DNA of 64,000 nucleotides from a bacterium (lineage in GTDB: Bacteria; Patescibacteriota; Dojkabacteria; JAKAPS01; JAJZLI01). Position 1 is the stretch's first letter. Each line of letters starts with the position of its first letter. Of the stretch, positions 19,896-31,671 are shown piece after piece. Position numbers and translations under genes: made by a program. A model generated the notes under the pieces. It ran no database searches. It was not told the DNA's origin and saw only the letters and a program-made list of their open reading frames with translations. The DNA is taken from the NCBI GenBank assembly GCA_021785355.1, contig JAJYFR010000001.1:199096-263095 (forward strand), read 5' to 3'.

Positions 19896-21585
19896 GATAT
19901 TACCTCAAAATTTAGCAGATAAAATTGCTGCAGGTGAAGTTGTAGAAAGACCTGCATCTGTATTAAAAGAATTATTAGAAAACTCTATAGATGCGCATGC
20001 AAAAAATATTAAAGTATATATAGATAGATTAAATATAAGGGTGGATGATGATGGATTGGGTATGAATAAAGAAGAAATTCTTTTATCTGTTAAAAGATTT
20101 GCAACTTCAAAAATATTTAGTGAGAAAGATTTAGATAATATATCTACATTTGGTTTTAGAGGTGAAGCTCTCCCTTCTATTGCATCAGTATCTAGGCTTT
20201 CTATAGTATCTAAGACAGAAGGATTAGATTATGGATATAAAGTTGATATTGAAGGAGGTGAGATAAAAAGTATAGAAGAAAGTGCTTCTTTGAAAGGTAC
20301 AAGTATCAATGTAAGTGATATATTTTTCAATACACCTGCAAGATTAAAATTTTTAAAAAGTTTAGATACTGAATATAGATATATTGAAGAGATTTTTAAA
20401 TCAATTTCTCTTTCATATCCTAGTATACATTTTGAGTTCTATAAAAATTCTAAAAGAATATATAATTATATGTCTACAGATTTGTATAATAGATTTATAT
20501 CAATATTACCTAAGGGGGATAGAAATTTTTTTGATGTAGATGTTACTTTAAATGATATTTCTCTTAAAGGTTTTTTAGCTAAACCCTTATATACTAGATC
20601 TTCTAGAGATCTGCAATATATATTTGTTAATAATAGAGCTGTTAACTCAAATATTATATCAAAAGCTATAAATGAGGGATATTCTAATTTTATACCACAA
20701 GATAGATTTCCAATTTATACATTATTTATAAATATGCCTTCTTTCAAAGTTGATGTAAATGCTCATCCTAGAAAAATAGAAGTTAGATTTAAAAATACAA
20801 ATGAAATTTTCAGTCTAATTAGATCATCTGTAAACAAAATAGTTACAAATGAAAAATATTCTCAATTTAAACCTTCAGAGAATAATATACTTCAGATAAA
20901 TTCTACTTTAAAAAATTATTCATTTTCTACTCCCAATAATTCCTATTCTACTCAGAGGGTAAGTAATTATGAGAATAAATCTATTTTTTCATTAGACAAT
21001 ATAGAAACAATAAATGAGAATATTCCAGTTTTTCAAATATTTTCTAAATATATAATAACTGTTTTCGAAAATAAACTTCAGATTATAGATCAACATGCAG
21101 CTTCAGAAAGAGTAATGTATGAACAAATTATGAATGATATAAAATTAAATAAGATTGAATCTCAAAATTTTATTATTCCTTATGATATTGATTTAAATAA
21201 AAAAGATTTTGTATTAATATCGTCATTTATAGAGATATTAAAAGGATATGGTATAGAGATTGAAATATTTGGAGATAGTAGTATTAAGATATCATCTATC
21301 CCATTAGTGTTAATAAATTATGATATAGAAAAATTAATAAAAGATATATTAGCAGATTTAGAATATGCTGATGGTAAGAGTGAGAATATACTTTTAGATA
21401 AAATATCTGCTACTATAGCATGTCATTCAAGTATTAGATTTGGAGATTATCTTGATAATATAAAAATGCAAAAAATAATCATAGATTTGAGAAAGACAAA
21501 AAATCCATTTTTCTGTCCACATGGAAGACCTACTACTTTTGAGATGGAAGAATTGGAATTATTGAAAAAATTTTATCGTAAATAA
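19888..21585 (+). CDS. mutL: DNA mismatch repair protein MutL
   Basis: GHKL ATPase N-terminus (ELLENSIDA…, GFRGEAL), C-terminal dimerisation domain; overlaps mutS stop. Confidence 0.9.
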   Translation: MIKILPQNLADKIAAGEVVERPASVLKELLENSIDAHAKNIKVYIDRLNIRVDDDGLGMNKEEILLSVKRFATSKIFSEKDLDNISTFGFRGEALPSIASVSRLSIVSKTEGLDYGYKVDIEGGEIKSIEESASLKGTSINVSDIFFNTPARLKFLKSLDTEYRYIEEIFKSISLSYPSIHFEFYKNSKRIYNYMSTDLYNRFISILPKGDRNFFDVDVTLNDISLKGFLAKPLYTRSSRDLQYIFVNNRAVNSNIISKAINEGYSNFIPQDRFPIYTLFINMPSFKVDVNAHPRKIEVRFKNTNEIFSLIRSSVNKIVTNEKYSQFKPSENNILQINSTLKNYSFSTPNNSYSTQRVSNYENKSIFSLDNIETINENIPVFQIFSKYIITVFENKLQIIDQHAASERVMYEQIMNDIKLNKIESQNFIIPYDIDLNKKDFVLISSFIEILKGYGIEIEIFGDSSIKISSIPLVLINYDIEKLIKDILADLEYADGKSENILLDKISATIACHSSIRFGDYLDNIKMQKIIIDLRKTKNPFFCPHGRPTTFEMEELELLKKFYRK

Positions 21586-21588
21586 AAT

Positions 21589-22221
21589 ATGATTACTAAA
21601 GCAATATTTTTTGATTTTGATAATACAATAGCTAATGATGCTCCTTTTATAATTGAATGTTTTGAGTATACATTTAATAAATTGGGTATAAAAAATAATT
21701 TAGATATAAATCTTTTTGGTCCAACTGAGTATTCTATATTTTCTAAATTATTAGATGATGAGAAAAAAATAAAAGAAGCTTTAGATGTATTCTCTGATTA
21801 TTATATAAAAAATTATAAAAAAGGTATCAGTATATTTCCTGGAATTAGAGAAGTTTTAGAAAGATTAAAACAAGATTTTAAATTATCTCTTATAACAAAT
21901 TCATATAAATATAGATTGAAAAATATATTACCAGATGCCTATGATTTTTTTGATTCTATTGTTACAGTAGATGATGTTGAAAGAAAAAAACCTGATCCAG
22001 AAGGTGTGTGGAAATCATTAAAAGAATTAAATCTTAATAAAGAAAATATTGTTTATGTAGGAGATTCTTTAGATGATCTGTTGGTATGTAAATTATTAGA
22101 AATTAAATTTATAAGAGTTTTATGGGGAGATAAATTTTCATTTGAGTCTACAGATTTCAGTTATGTGGATGTTGAAAGTCCTGAAGAACTTTTGGATATT
22201 ATTTATAAAAAATTATCCTAA
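21589..22221 (+). CDS. HAD-superfamily hydrolase (subfamily IA, phosphatase-like)
   Basis: Motif I FFDFDNT, motif III K…, motif IV GDSLDD. Confidence 0.7.
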   Translation: MITKAIFFDFDNTIANDAPFIIECFEYTFNKLGIKNNLDINLFGPTEYSIFSKLLDDEKKIKEALDVFSDYYIKNYKKGISIFPGIREVLERLKQDFKLSLITNSYKYRLKNILPDAYDFFDSIVTVDDVERKKPDPEGVWKSLKELNLNKENIVYVGDSLDDLLVCKLLEIKFIRVLWGDKFSFESTDFSYVDVESPEELLDIIYKKLS

Positions 22222-25050
22222 ATGTTTTTTAAGATATTTACCAGTGTAGCTATTTTTGCACTTTATAATATCATCTCTTGTTCCTTCAAAAATAACTTCT
22301 CCTCCCATATATCCCCCTTCTTTTCCTAAATCTATTATCCAATCTGCCATTTTTATAACATCCATATTGTGTTCTATTATTATTACAGAATTTTTCTGAT
22401 CTATTAAATCGTTTAATACTTTCATTAGTTTTTTTATATCATCAAAGTGTAATCCTGTTGTAGGCTCATCTAATATATAAAGTGTTTTTCCCGTAGATCT
22501 TCTAGAGAGTTCTGATGCAAGTTTAATTCTCTGAGATTCTCCTCCTGAAAGAGTAGTAGCACTTTGGCCTAATTTTATATATCCTAATCCTACATCTTTT
22601 AATGTTTTTAACTTTGTTGTTATTAATGATATATTTTCAAAAAATTTAAGTGCTTCTTCAATATTCATGTCAAGAATTTCAGAGATATTCTTATCTTTAT
22701 ATTTTATTTCTAATGCTTCTTTATTATATCTTTTTCCTTTACATTCATCACATACAACATAGACATCTGGTAGAAATTGCATTTCAATTTTAATAATTCC
22801 ATCTCCTTTACAATTTTCACATCGTCCACCTTTAACATTAAAACTAAATCTACCAGATTTATAACCTTTCATTTTAGCTTCTCTACTATTTGCAAAAAGG
22901 TCTCTAATGTACGTAAATGCACCTGTATATGTTGCGGGATTTGATCTAGGTGTTTTTCCTATAGGAGATTGATCTATATCTATAACTTTATTAATATTCT
23001 CTACTCCTTCAATTGATTTATATTCTCCTATATGTTTTTTAGTTTTATATAAATAATTAGATAAAAAAGGATATAAAATATCATTTATTAAAGTACTTTT
23101 TCCAGAACCTGATACTCCTGTTATTACAACGAGTTCTTCTAGGGGTATTTTAACATTAATATTTTTTAAATTATGTTCCTTTGCTCCTATAATTTGAATT
23201 TCTTTGTGTGAAGATCTAATCTTTTTAGGTACACTGATTACTTCTTTTTTTGATAAATATCTCCCTGTTATAGATTCTTTATTATTTTTTATATCTTCAA
23301 AACTTCCTTGAGCAATCACCTCACCTCCATACTCTCCTGCACCTTTTCCGATATCAATTATTTGATCTGCATTTTCCATTGTTTCTTCATCATGTTCAAC
23401 TACTATTACTGTATTACCTAAATCTCTTAAGTTTTTTAGAGTTTCTATTAATTTAACATTGTCTCTTTGATGTAGACCAATAGATGGCTCATCTAATACA
23501 TAAAGTATACCTGAAAGTTTAGATCCTATTTGAGAAGCAAGTCTTATTCTTTGAGCCTCACCCCCTGCGAGAGTTTTAGATGCTCTATCTAGCGTTAGAT
23601 ACCAAACTCCTACTGCATCTAAAAATTTTACTCTACTCTCAATTTCTTGAAAAATTTGTTTTGAAATCAAGGTATCATTTGTACTTATATCTTTTTTTAT
23701 TTTTTCTATCCAATCTATAAACTCATTGATATGTATTGAACTAACTTCATTTATACTTTTATTGTCTATTTTTACTGAACGAGCTATTTTGTTTAGTTTT
23801 GTGCCTTCACATACAGGACATATAACTTCTTCCATATATTTTGCTATTTCTTTTCTCGTATTTTCAGTTCCATTTTCATATTTTTCTAAAAGATAAGGTA
23901 TTATTCCTGCGAATGAAACTGTATATTTTTTAATACTTCTCATACGAGGTTTATACATTATTTCAAAGGATTCACCCTTTACTCCATTCATTAATATATC
24001 CAATTGTTTTTCTGTATATTTTGAAAAAGGAATATTAAGAGGTATATTATTTTTTCTGGATACTTCTTCTATTATTTTTATGATCCAAGAAGATTTATAA
24101 TGGGTTATTTCATTTGATAATGGGTATACCGCACCTTCCATAAATGTCAGATTTTTATTATATATTGATTCTTTTGGTATTGTTTGTAAGATTCCTAATC
24201 CTGTGCAATTACTACATGCACCATAAGGAGAGTTAAAAGAGAAAGTATTAGGTTGAATTTCAGGTATAGATGTATGACAATTTGGACAAGATAAATTCTC
24301 TGAAAAGAGCATATCTTTTTTTTCATCTAGTAGGTGTATTACAACTTCTCCTTCAGAAAGAGAAATAGCTTTTTCAATAGATTCATATACTCTACTCTCT
24401 TCCTCTTTTAAATCATTAATTATTAATCTATCTATTACTATATCTATATTATGAATTTTGTATTTAGAGATCTTTATTTCATCATCTAATGAATAAAAAA
24501 CATTATCTATTCTTACTCTTGTATATCCTTTAGAAAAGAAATTTTCTAATATATCTAAAAATTCACCTTTCTTATTTCGTATTATAGGAGATAAAATCAT
24601 AATTTTTTTATTTTTGATTTTTATAACCTCATTATTTATCTGTTCTATAGTTTGACTTTCTATTTTTGTATTACATACAGGGCAGTAAGGAACTCCTATT
24701 TTTGCATAAAGTAACCTTAAATAGTCATATATCTCTGTCGTTGTACCTACTGTTGAACGAGGATTTCTGCTTGCAGTTTTTTGATCTATAGATATTGCAG
24801 GAGAAAGTCCGTCAATATGTTCTACATCAGGTTTTTTCATAACACCCAAGAATTGTCTGGCATAAGAGGATAAAGATTCTACATATCTCCTTTGTCCTTC
24901 AGCATATATAGTGTCAAAAGCTAATGATGATTTTCCAGACCCAGAGACACCTGTTATTACAACAAGTTTATTTTTAGGAATTTCGATATCGATATTTTTT
25001 AAATTATTCTCCTTCGCTCCTTTTATTATAATTTTAGAGTTATTAAACAT
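22213..25050 (-). CDS. uvrA: excinuclease ABC subunit A
   Basis: Two ABC ATPase modules (GVSGSGKSS / GVSGSGKST), zinc-finger cysteines, 945 aa. Confidence 0.95.
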   Translation of the reverse strand: MFNNSKIIIKGAKENNLKNIDIEIPKNKLVVITGVSGSGKSSLAFDTIYAEGQRRYVESLSSYARQFLGVMKKPDVEHIDGLSPAISIDQKTASRNPRSTVGTTTEIYDYLRLLYAKIGVPYCPVCNTKIESQTIEQINNEVIKIKNKKIMILSPIIRNKKGEFLDILENFFSKGYTRVRIDNVFYSLDDEIKISKYKIHNIDIVIDRLIINDLKEEESRVYESIEKAISLSEGEVVIHLLDEKKDMLFSENLSCPNCHTSIPEIQPNTFSFNSPYGACSNCTGLGILQTIPKESIYNKNLTFMEGAVYPLSNEITHYKSSWIIKIIEEVSRKNNIPLNIPFSKYTEKQLDILMNGVKGESFEIMYKPRMRSIKKYTVSFAGIIPYLLEKYENGTENTRKEIAKYMEEVICPVCEGTKLNKIARSVKIDNKSINEVSSIHINEFIDWIEKIKKDISTNDTLISKQIFQEIESRVKFLDAVGVWYLTLDRASKTLAGGEAQRIRLASQIGSKLSGILYVLDEPSIGLHQRDNVKLIETLKNLRDLGNTVIVVEHDEETMENADQIIDIGKGAGEYGGEVIAQGSFEDIKNNKESITGRYLSKKEVISVPKKIRSSHKEIQIIGAKEHNLKNINVKIPLEELVVITGVSGSGKSTLINDILYPFLSNYLYKTKKHIGEYKSIEGVENINKVIDIDQSPIGKTPRSNPATYTGAFTYIRDLFANSREAKMKGYKSGRFSFNVKGGRCENCKGDGIIKIEMQFLPDVYVVCDECKGKRYNKEALEIKYKDKNISEILDMNIEEALKFFENISLITTKLKTLKDVGLGYIKLGQSATTLSGGESQRIKLASELSRRSTGKTLYILDEPTTGLHFDDIKKLMKVLNDLIDQKNSVIIIEHNMDVIKMADWIIDLGKEGGYMGGEVIFEGTRDDIIKCKNSYTGKYLKKHLG

Positions 25051-25078
25051 TGGTCTTTTATTTTACCATAGTATGTAA

Positions 25079-26215
25079 CTAATTGGATAGCCAGTACATT
25101 TTAGAAGTACTATCTATACTACTATTTGAAGTTATTTGAATTAGTTTTCCTGTGCTAAGTTTATTTTTCTTTATTATTATATTTTTCAAGAAAATATCAA
25201 ATGAATTATTATTAAAATAACTGAAAGCTATTGAATTTCCAGAAGGACTCCATACAGGTTCACTGGTAATACCATTTTGTACCAAAATTTTATTATTATA
25301 TGTATTAAAATTAGAATTTTCAGTATGAGTTAAGATATTATTTAAATTGAATTTCATAAGATATAAATAGTTACTGTTATTCCCTACTCTTTTTGTAAAT
25401 GCTAAATAATTTTCATTAGGAGATAGGCGTGGTTGCATAGCATCTGAAGAAACAGGTGTTACTGGATAAGATTGTTGTGTATTGAAATCATATAACATTA
25501 TTTGGGAATTAGGTTGTGGCGTATTTGTATAATAAATATATGAAGTATAAAGCAAAAAGTTATTATTAGGCCAATTTAAACCTGCATCTCCTCCTGTATA
25601 GGGATTAGCTTTTATAAGAAGAGTTTCATTGTATAACTGAGAGCCATATGTTGGAAATACTGCATTAGAAGGAATCATCCATACACCTAAACTTGCAATA
25701 GGTACTCCTGTTAATAGATCTTCTATGTTACTAAGATATGCTATATATTGTCCATCAGGAGAGAAAGTAGGAGTTGCTGACCATGCATTGTTTGCAATAT
25801 TAGGATTACTCCATTGAGTAATTCTTCTGTTATTGGTTCCGTTGATATTCATTTCATGTAAATTGGAGTAATTAGTATGAAAAGTGACATAACTGACCTT
25901 TACCCCATTCTTTGAAATAGCAATATCAGATACATTATTTGTATTTGTAACTTTATGTGCTTTTATTCCTTTTATATACCAAAGATTATTATTTTTTACG
26001 AAATACAAACTACCTTTTATAGGGTATATATTTTCAGTATTAACATTTTTAGAAATACTCTGTCCAATATTTTTAGGATTAAGGATATTTAGAATAATAT
26101 TTTCATACTTAATGAAGATCCCTAGTAATATTACTAATATTAGTGCTACTAATAATCCCCATGAATATCTTTTCTTTTTTACTTCTTTTGTTTTATTTTG
26201 TATATTAAAGTCCAT
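25079..26215 (-). CDS. membrane-anchored PD40/WD40-like beta-propeller protein (TolB-like)
   Basis: N-terminal TM, repeated SPDGQYIAY / SPSGNSIAF PD40-type motifs. Confidence 0.5.
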   Translation of the reverse strand: MDFNIQNKTKEVKKKRYSWGLLVALILVILLGIFIKYENIILNILNPKNIGQSISKNVNTENIYPIKGSLYFVKNNNLWYIKGIKAHKVTNTNNVSDIAISKNGVKVSYVTFHTNYSNLHEMNINGTNNRRITQWSNPNIANNAWSATPTFSPDGQYIAYLSNIEDLLTGVPIASLGVWMIPSNAVFPTYGSQLYNETLLIKANPYTGGDAGLNWPNNNFLLYTSYIYYTNTPQPNSQIMLYDFNTQQSYPVTPVSSDAMQPRLSPNENYLAFTKRVGNNSNYLYLMKFNLNNILTHTENSNFNTYNNKILVQNGITSEPVWSPSGNSIAFSYFNNNSFDIFLKNIIIKKNKLSTGKLIQITSNSSIDSTSKMYWLSN

Positions 26216-27231
26216 TAGTTTCCATATAATTTCTGAAATAAAGCATGTATTTTAGTCCAATTAGGTAAAACTACATCTTGTCCATCAATTAGATAGTTTG
26301 GTATAGATGAATAATGAGGAGGTGAGAGCACTATTGACGTTATAGGTGTATTTTTCATTGCAATTGCAGTTTGAGCAAAGGATAAAACTTCAGGTATGCT
26401 CATATCTGTTTTTACAATTTTACTTAGATTATTAAATAAAGATGGTATTTCTGATAATGTAGATACATTATCTAATTTATTTTTAATGATTCTTAAAACT
26501 TGTTGTTGTCTTTTAGATCTCCCAAAATCTCCTTGTAAATCTCCATGTCTAGATCGTACATACTCTAATGCTTTTGATCCTGTCATATATTGAGGTGCTC
26601 CTGAGATATATAAATTAATGGCATTATATAATAATTTAGGATTTCCAGTGATATCATTAGGATAACTCCAATCCAATACTGGATGAGTTGGTACTACATT
26701 TACACCACCAAATGTATTAATTAATTTTACAAAACCACTCAGACCTACCCATGCATAATAATCAATTTTTATTCCAAAATAACTTTCAACTAGCTGTCTT
26801 GTTAAACCAAATCCTCCAGTTAAAGATGCTTGATCAAATTTCCCATATCCTACTCCTGGAATTTTGACCCAAAAATCTCTAGGTATAGAGATCATATAAA
26901 TCTTCTTTTGATAAGGATTTATACTAATTATCATTATAGTCTGTGTTAGTACAGGTTGACCTGCAAATTTAGGGTCAGTATCAGATCCTAGTAATAGTAT
27001 ATTTGTAAATTTATTAGAATTATCATATTTATAATGAATAGTTGTCTCAGTCTTAGTTCTTTTTATTTTATTTCCAGTAATTTTAAAAATATCATATGCT
27101 ACAGATAGATAACCTGTTTTTATTATTAAGAATATAAATAATGCTATTAATATAACAAATGTTATGAGGACAGTTTTTAGTTTTTTATGTTTTTTGGGTA
27201 ACTTTTTTTGTTCTTCAAAATTTATAATCAT
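26215..27231 (-). CDS. LytR-CpsA-Psr (LCP) family protein
   Basis: N-terminal TM and LCP core NILLLGSDTD…TQTIMIISINP…MISIPRDFWV. Confidence 0.7.
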   Translation of the reverse strand: MIINFEEQKKLPKKHKKLKTVLITFVILIALFIFLIIKTGYLSVAYDIFKITGNKIKRTKTETTIHYKYDNSNKFTNILLLGSDTDPKFAGQPVLTQTIMIISINPYQKKIYMISIPRDFWVKIPGVGYGKFDQASLTGGFGLTRQLVESYFGIKIDYYAWVGLSGFVKLINTFGGVNVVPTHPVLDWSYPNDITGNPKLLYNAINLYISGAPQYMTGSKALEYVRSRHGDLQGDFGRSKRQQQVLRIIKNKLDNVSTLSEIPSLFNNLSKIVKTDMSIPEVLSFAQTAIAMKNTPITSIVLSPPHYSSIPNYLIDGQDVVLPNWTKIHALFQKLYGN

Positions 27232-27269
27232 ATATATTTGTATATTAATTTCAAATTGTTAATATTTTA

Positions 27270-29261
27270 TTAAGAAATTAGTTTTAATTCTTTTATTTGG
27301 TCTCTGAGTTTGGCTGCCTTTTCAAATTGCATTTTTTTAGCATACTCATTCATTTGTTTTGTTAAATTTTTTATAAGTTCTTTTGTATCAGATATTTCAT
27401 TTATATTCAAATTTTCATTGTCTTTTTTAATTCTTTCTATTTGTGTATCTATACTTTTCTTTATTCCTATAGGAGAGACGTTATGTTTTATATTATAGTT
27501 TAATTGTATTTGTCTTCTTCTATTAGTCTCTTCAATTGCATTTTTCATAGATTCCGTTATTTTTTCTGCATACATTATAACTCTACCATTCTGATGTCTA
27601 GCAGCTCTTCCAATTATTTGTATAAAAGCTTGTTTAGAACGCAAAAACCCTTCTTTGTCAGCATCTACTATTAATATTAATGAAACTTCTGGGAGATCTA
27701 AACCTTCTCTTAAAAGGTTTATTCCTATTATCACATCATAATTACCAAGCCTTAAATCTCTTAAGATTTCTGTTCTTTCTATTGTTTTTATATCACTATG
27801 GATATATTGAGAATTAAATCCTTGCTCGATCATATATTTATTTAATTCTTCAGACATTTTTTTTGTTAAAGTAATTATTATAGTTCTCTCATTCTTTTTT
27901 ACTCTTTTTAGAACTTCTTTTTTTATATCTTCTATTTGTCCTTCTGTTTTTCTTACCTCTATTTCTGGATCTAATAATTTTGTAGGCCTTATTATTTGTT
28001 CTACAATTCCATTCTCAGGATAATTATCTAAACCTTTTGTACTTTCTTTTGATATTTCTATTTCATATTCATTTGGAGTTGCAGAAACATACATTACAGT
28101 ATTTATTTTTTTTCTAAATTCTTCGAAATTGAGAGGTCTATTATCAATTGCAGAAGGTAATCTAAAACCATAATCCACTAAAGTTTTCTTTCTTTGAAAA
28201 TCTCCTCTATGCATTCCTCTTATTTGAGGGAGAGTGATATGACTTTCATCTATTATTAAAAGATAGTCTTTTGGAAAAAAATCCATTAGAGTAAAAGGAG
28301 CTGAGCCTTTTGCTCTCCCTTCAATATGTCTTGAATAATTTTCTATTCCCTGACAATATCCTACTTCTTGTATCATTTCTATATCAAATCTAACTTTCTG
28401 TTCTAATCTTTTTGCTTCAACTAACATATCCATTTTTCTGAAGTAGTCTAATCTTTCTTTGAGTTCTTCTTCTATAGCATTAATTGCAATATTCAATTTT
28501 TCTTGTTTTACAATATAGTGTTTTGCTGGGAATATATATACATCTGATCTCTCTTCTCCCCTATTTCTTGTAAAAGGATTTATTATTCTTATTTTCTCTA
28601 TTATATCTCCAAAAAACTCTATTCTAATAACATCATCTTCGTATTGAGGAAATATTTCTATTATATCTCCTTTAACGCTGAATGTACCTCTTTTATATTC
28701 AAAATCATTTCTCTCATATTGTATTTGTAATAGTGAATCTATAAGAGTATTCCTTTTTATATTAGTATTAAGAGAAATTTTTATAGCTAATTCTTCATAT
28801 TCACTAGGATCTCCTAATCCATATATACATGAAACAGACGCAACAATTATCACATCATTTCTTGTTAGAAGGTATTGAGTTGCTTTATTTCTATATTGTT
28901 CTATTTCTTCGTTGATTTGTGTTTCCTTCTCTATATACAAATCTCTTGTAGGTATATATGCCTCAGGTTGGTAGTAATCATAGTATGATACAAAATATGC
29001 AACTAAATTATTAGGAAAGAAATTTCTAAACTCAGAAGCTAATTGAGCTGCTAAAGTTTTATTGTGTGCAATAACTAGAGTGGGTTTATTTATGTTTTGT
29101 ATTATATTAGACATTACAAATGTCTTTCCCGAACCTGTAACTCCCATTAATGTTTGGTTCTTTGCTCCACTTCTAATACCATTAAGGAGATATTCTATTG
29201 CTTTTGGCTGATCTCCTTCTGGTTTAAAATCTGATATTAGTTCAAATTTATTTTTATCCAT
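27270..29261 (-). CDS. uvrB: excinuclease ABC subunit B
   Basis: Helicase motifs (GVTGSGKTF, DESH), C-terminal UVR domain (FEKAAKLRDQIKEL). Confidence 0.95.
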   Translation of the reverse strand: MDKNKFELISDFKPEGDQPKAIEYLLNGIRSGAKNQTLMGVTGSGKTFVMSNIIQNINKPTLVIAHNKTLAAQLASEFRNFFPNNLVAYFVSYYDYYQPEAYIPTRDLYIEKETQINEEIEQYRNKATQYLLTRNDVIIVASVSCIYGLGDPSEYEELAIKISLNTNIKRNTLIDSLLQIQYERNDFEYKRGTFSVKGDIIEIFPQYEDDVIRIEFFGDIIEKIRIINPFTRNRGEERSDVYIFPAKHYIVKQEKLNIAINAIEEELKERLDYFRKMDMLVEAKRLEQKVRFDIEMIQEVGYCQGIENYSRHIEGRAKGSAPFTLMDFFPKDYLLIIDESHITLPQIRGMHRGDFQRKKTLVDYGFRLPSAIDNRPLNFEEFRKKINTVMYVSATPNEYEIEISKESTKGLDNYPENGIVEQIIRPTKLLDPEIEVRKTEGQIEDIKKEVLKRVKKNERTIIITLTKKMSEELNKYMIEQGFNSQYIHSDIKTIERTEILRDLRLGNYDVIIGINLLREGLDLPEVSLILIVDADKEGFLRSKQAFIQIIGRAARHQNGRVIMYAEKITESMKNAIEETNRRRQIQLNYNIKHNVSPIGIKKSIDTQIERIKKDNENLNINEISDTKELIKNLTKQMNEYAKKMQFEKAAKLRDQIKELKLIS

Positions 29262-29347
29262 TCTTATTATTTTAACATAATCTATTATATTTATTTGACA
29301 TTAAATTGAAATTTATATACCATAATCCTATATATTATATAAATTTT

Positions 29348-30400
29348 ATGGCTAAAATAAAAAAAGAGAAAAAATTAACAGAAAAATCTGTTCCCCAAAA
29401 AAGTAAGGTAGTGTCTACTTCTACAACAGAAGTGTTATCAGAAGAAGAGTCTAAATCTTCAGTATTTAAAGATTTATATTCAAAATCTGCTTTTGCAGAT
29501 GAATCTAAGAGATCTAGCGTTATAGCATCTTTTGTAGTTCTAATAATATTCATATTGTTTATAGCAGGTCTTTTTTCTACTTATACATTTGGAGCAAATA
29601 TTCCTGGATTTTCTAATTTAATTGATAGAATTCCTGTACTAAAAAGTTTAGATAGATCTCCTCAAAATATTTTACCTAAAACTTTTGCTGCAGATCAAGG
29701 AATAAATTCTTATAATTATAATGTTGATTTTGCTCTTCAATCAAGTGGTGCAAGTGGTGGAAGTATTACTCAACAATTCTCAGGAAATATAAATTTTAAG
29801 AATCCAAAAAATGTATTATCATCATCTACAATTTTTGAAAAATTTTCTTCTGCAAGTTCATCCTCTACTTCATCTTTAGTTATAGATGGTAAATTTATAC
29901 AGAACAGTAATAAATTTTTTATTAATTTTTCTAAATTTCCTTCAGCACTAAATTCTGGAATTAAGACTAATAAATGGATACTTTTACCAAATCTAGAATT
30001 TAGTTTTCTTTCTAAATTAGATAATCAACCTAATATTAATTATTCTAATTTAGATGCATATTCTTTAGGGAATTCTGTAGTAAATGGTACAGTAGTTACT
30101 CATTATGTAGTTATATTTCCAAAATCTGATTTCTCGAAGTTAAATTTATTAACATTAATGAAATCTGTATTCGGAAATTCAACAGTTACATCAAAGAGTA
30201 TAAGATTAGATGAATGGGTTGGTGTAGCTGATAATAAGGTATACCAAGAATCTATTAGTTTTAATGCTAGTGTATCTGGTGCTCCAGCTAAGGTTTATTT
30301 TGAAGCTAATATGACTAGTTTTAATACTAATTTTACTGTTAATACTCCTTCTAGTTATACTAATCTTCAAGGAAAAACAGTAAGTAGTAAGAAAAAATAA
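29348..30400 (+). CDS. hypothetical Ser/Asn-rich membrane-anchored secreted protein (ORF extends to 29306)
   Basis: Single TM (VIASFVVLIIFILFIAGLF) then ~270 aa polar extracytoplasmic region; no recognisable domain. Confidence 0.4.
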   Translation: MAKIKKEKKLTEKSVPQKSKVVSTSTTEVLSEEESKSSVFKDLYSKSAFADESKRSSVIASFVVLIIFILFIAGLFSTYTFGANIPGFSNLIDRIPVLKSLDRSPQNILPKTFAADQGINSYNYNVDFALQSSGASGGSITQQFSGNINFKNPKNVLSSSTIFEKFSSASSSSTSSLVIDGKFIQNSNKFFINFSKFPSALNSGIKTNKWILLPNLEFSFLSKLDNQPNINYSNLDAYSLGNSVVNGTVVTHYVVIFPKSDFSKLNLLTLMKSVFGNSTVTSKSIRLDEWVGVADNKVYQESISFNASVSGAPAKVYFEANMTSFNTNFTVNTPSSYTNLQGKTVSSKKK

Positions 30401-30927
30401 TGAAAAAAAATAATTCTATATTTTTTTTGATAATAATATTTTATTTCTTTATAGTTGTATTTTTCTTTTTTTATTTTTTTCTAGGAAAAGCTCCTGTACG
30501 CCCTGTTAAGGTATATAATGTTACAGTACCTATGACTTCTGTTAATAATACCTACTCTATATCTTTAGATGAGCAAATAAAAGCTAATTTAGAGACATTT
30601 AAAACAGCTTTTTTCAATACACCTGGATATAGTAAAATAAAGGTGCAGAGTGTTTCAAAATTTGTTAATGTAAATATTAATTCTGTCAAAGGTACTTCTC
30701 CTTATTGTTCACCTTTAATATCTTCAAGTACTACTGAGTGTACTAGTATTCAGAGTATTTATTCATTAATATCCTCTCATATAAATAAAATATCTTTAGA
30801 TATGTTACCTCCTCATAATATAGCTCATTATTATATTTTTAAGTATAATAATAACTATTATTTTTTAGACAGTAGTTATAGAAAAACTATATATAATAAA
30901 GGTTTTTCTTTATATTGGATTAAATAA
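30400..30927 (+). CDS. hypothetical membrane-anchored protein
   Basis: N-terminal Phe-rich TM helix; start codon overlaps upstream stop (TAATGA). Confidence 0.35.
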   Translation: MKKNNSIFFLIIIFYFFIVVFFFFYFFLGKAPVRPVKVYNVTVPMTSVNNTYSISLDEQIKANLETFKTAFFNTPGYSKIKVQSVSKFVNVNINSVKGTSPYCSPLISSSTTECTSIQSIYSLISSHINKISLDMLPPHNIAHYYIFKYNNNYYFLDSSYRKTIYNKGFSLYWIK

Positions 30928-30977
30928 TTGATTTAAGACACTCTTTTGTGTAATAATTCTATATTCTTTTATATTAA

Positions 30978-31054
30978 GGTTGTGTGGTGTAGTGGTCCAA
31001 CATGTCTCCCTGTCACGGAGAAGATCGACGGTTCGAATCCGTTCACAACCGCCA
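30978..31054 (+). tRNA. tRNA-Asp (anticodon GTC), CCA encoded
   Basis: Acceptor GGTTGTG/CACAACC, anticodon loop CTGTCAC, T-loop TTCGAAT, discriminator G + CCA. Confidence 0.85.
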
Positions 31055-31214
31055 TTCTAAACTAGTATTTTTTTAACATAAAAATATATTTGTTAAATCT
31101 CTTAAAACGTTATTATTACGATAAATATCCATATACTAAGAGAGTTATATTCGCTATTGCAATGTCCTATAAAAAGAGTATACTGGATATAATATTTTAT
31201 AACAATTTAATTAA

Positions 31215-31580
31215 ATGGAAGAAAATAAAGATAATACAAACACTAATGAATATAAAACAAAGAAAGTTATTTTTAGGGCACATCAAATAGTTTGGTATTT
31301 TTTAGGAATTATTGAAGTATTACTTGCTTTTAGATTTATATTACTCCTTTTTGGTGCAAATTCTCAAAATAGTTTTGTAAGTTTTATATACTCAATAAGT
31401 AATATTTTTGCACAACCTTTCTCTAATATATTTAATAACACTATAAGTAATAGTTCTATATTTGAATGGTCAATACTTATAGGTATGATTGTGTATTTAA
31501 TAATCGCATATGCTATTGTAAAATTTATTCAGTTGATAAATCCTGCTACTCCTCAGAAAGTAAAAGATACAATAGACTAA
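31215..31580 (+). CDS. YggT-like small integral membrane protein
   Basis: 121 aa, two TM helices; RFILLLFGAN…FVSFIYSISNIFAQPF resembles the YggT/Ycf19 family pattern. Confidence 0.4.
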   Translation: MEENKDNTNTNEYKTKKVIFRAHQIVWYFLGIIEVLLAFRFILLLFGANSQNSFVSFIYSISNIFAQPFSNIFNNTISNSSIFEWSILIGMIVYLIIAYAIVKFIQLINPATPQKVKDTID

Positions 31581-31671
31581 GGATGTACTTATCTTAGAGA
31601 CTATGTCAGTAAGAATAGTATTATCTTGGATGAATTTATTTTTTTAAAATTTATTCTGTTATAATATTTTA

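Noticed and set aside
31090-31290. 66-aa ORF overlapping the YggT-like gene start
   Set aside because: Low-complexity, different frame, no motif; likely non-coding leader/promoter region of 31215-31580.
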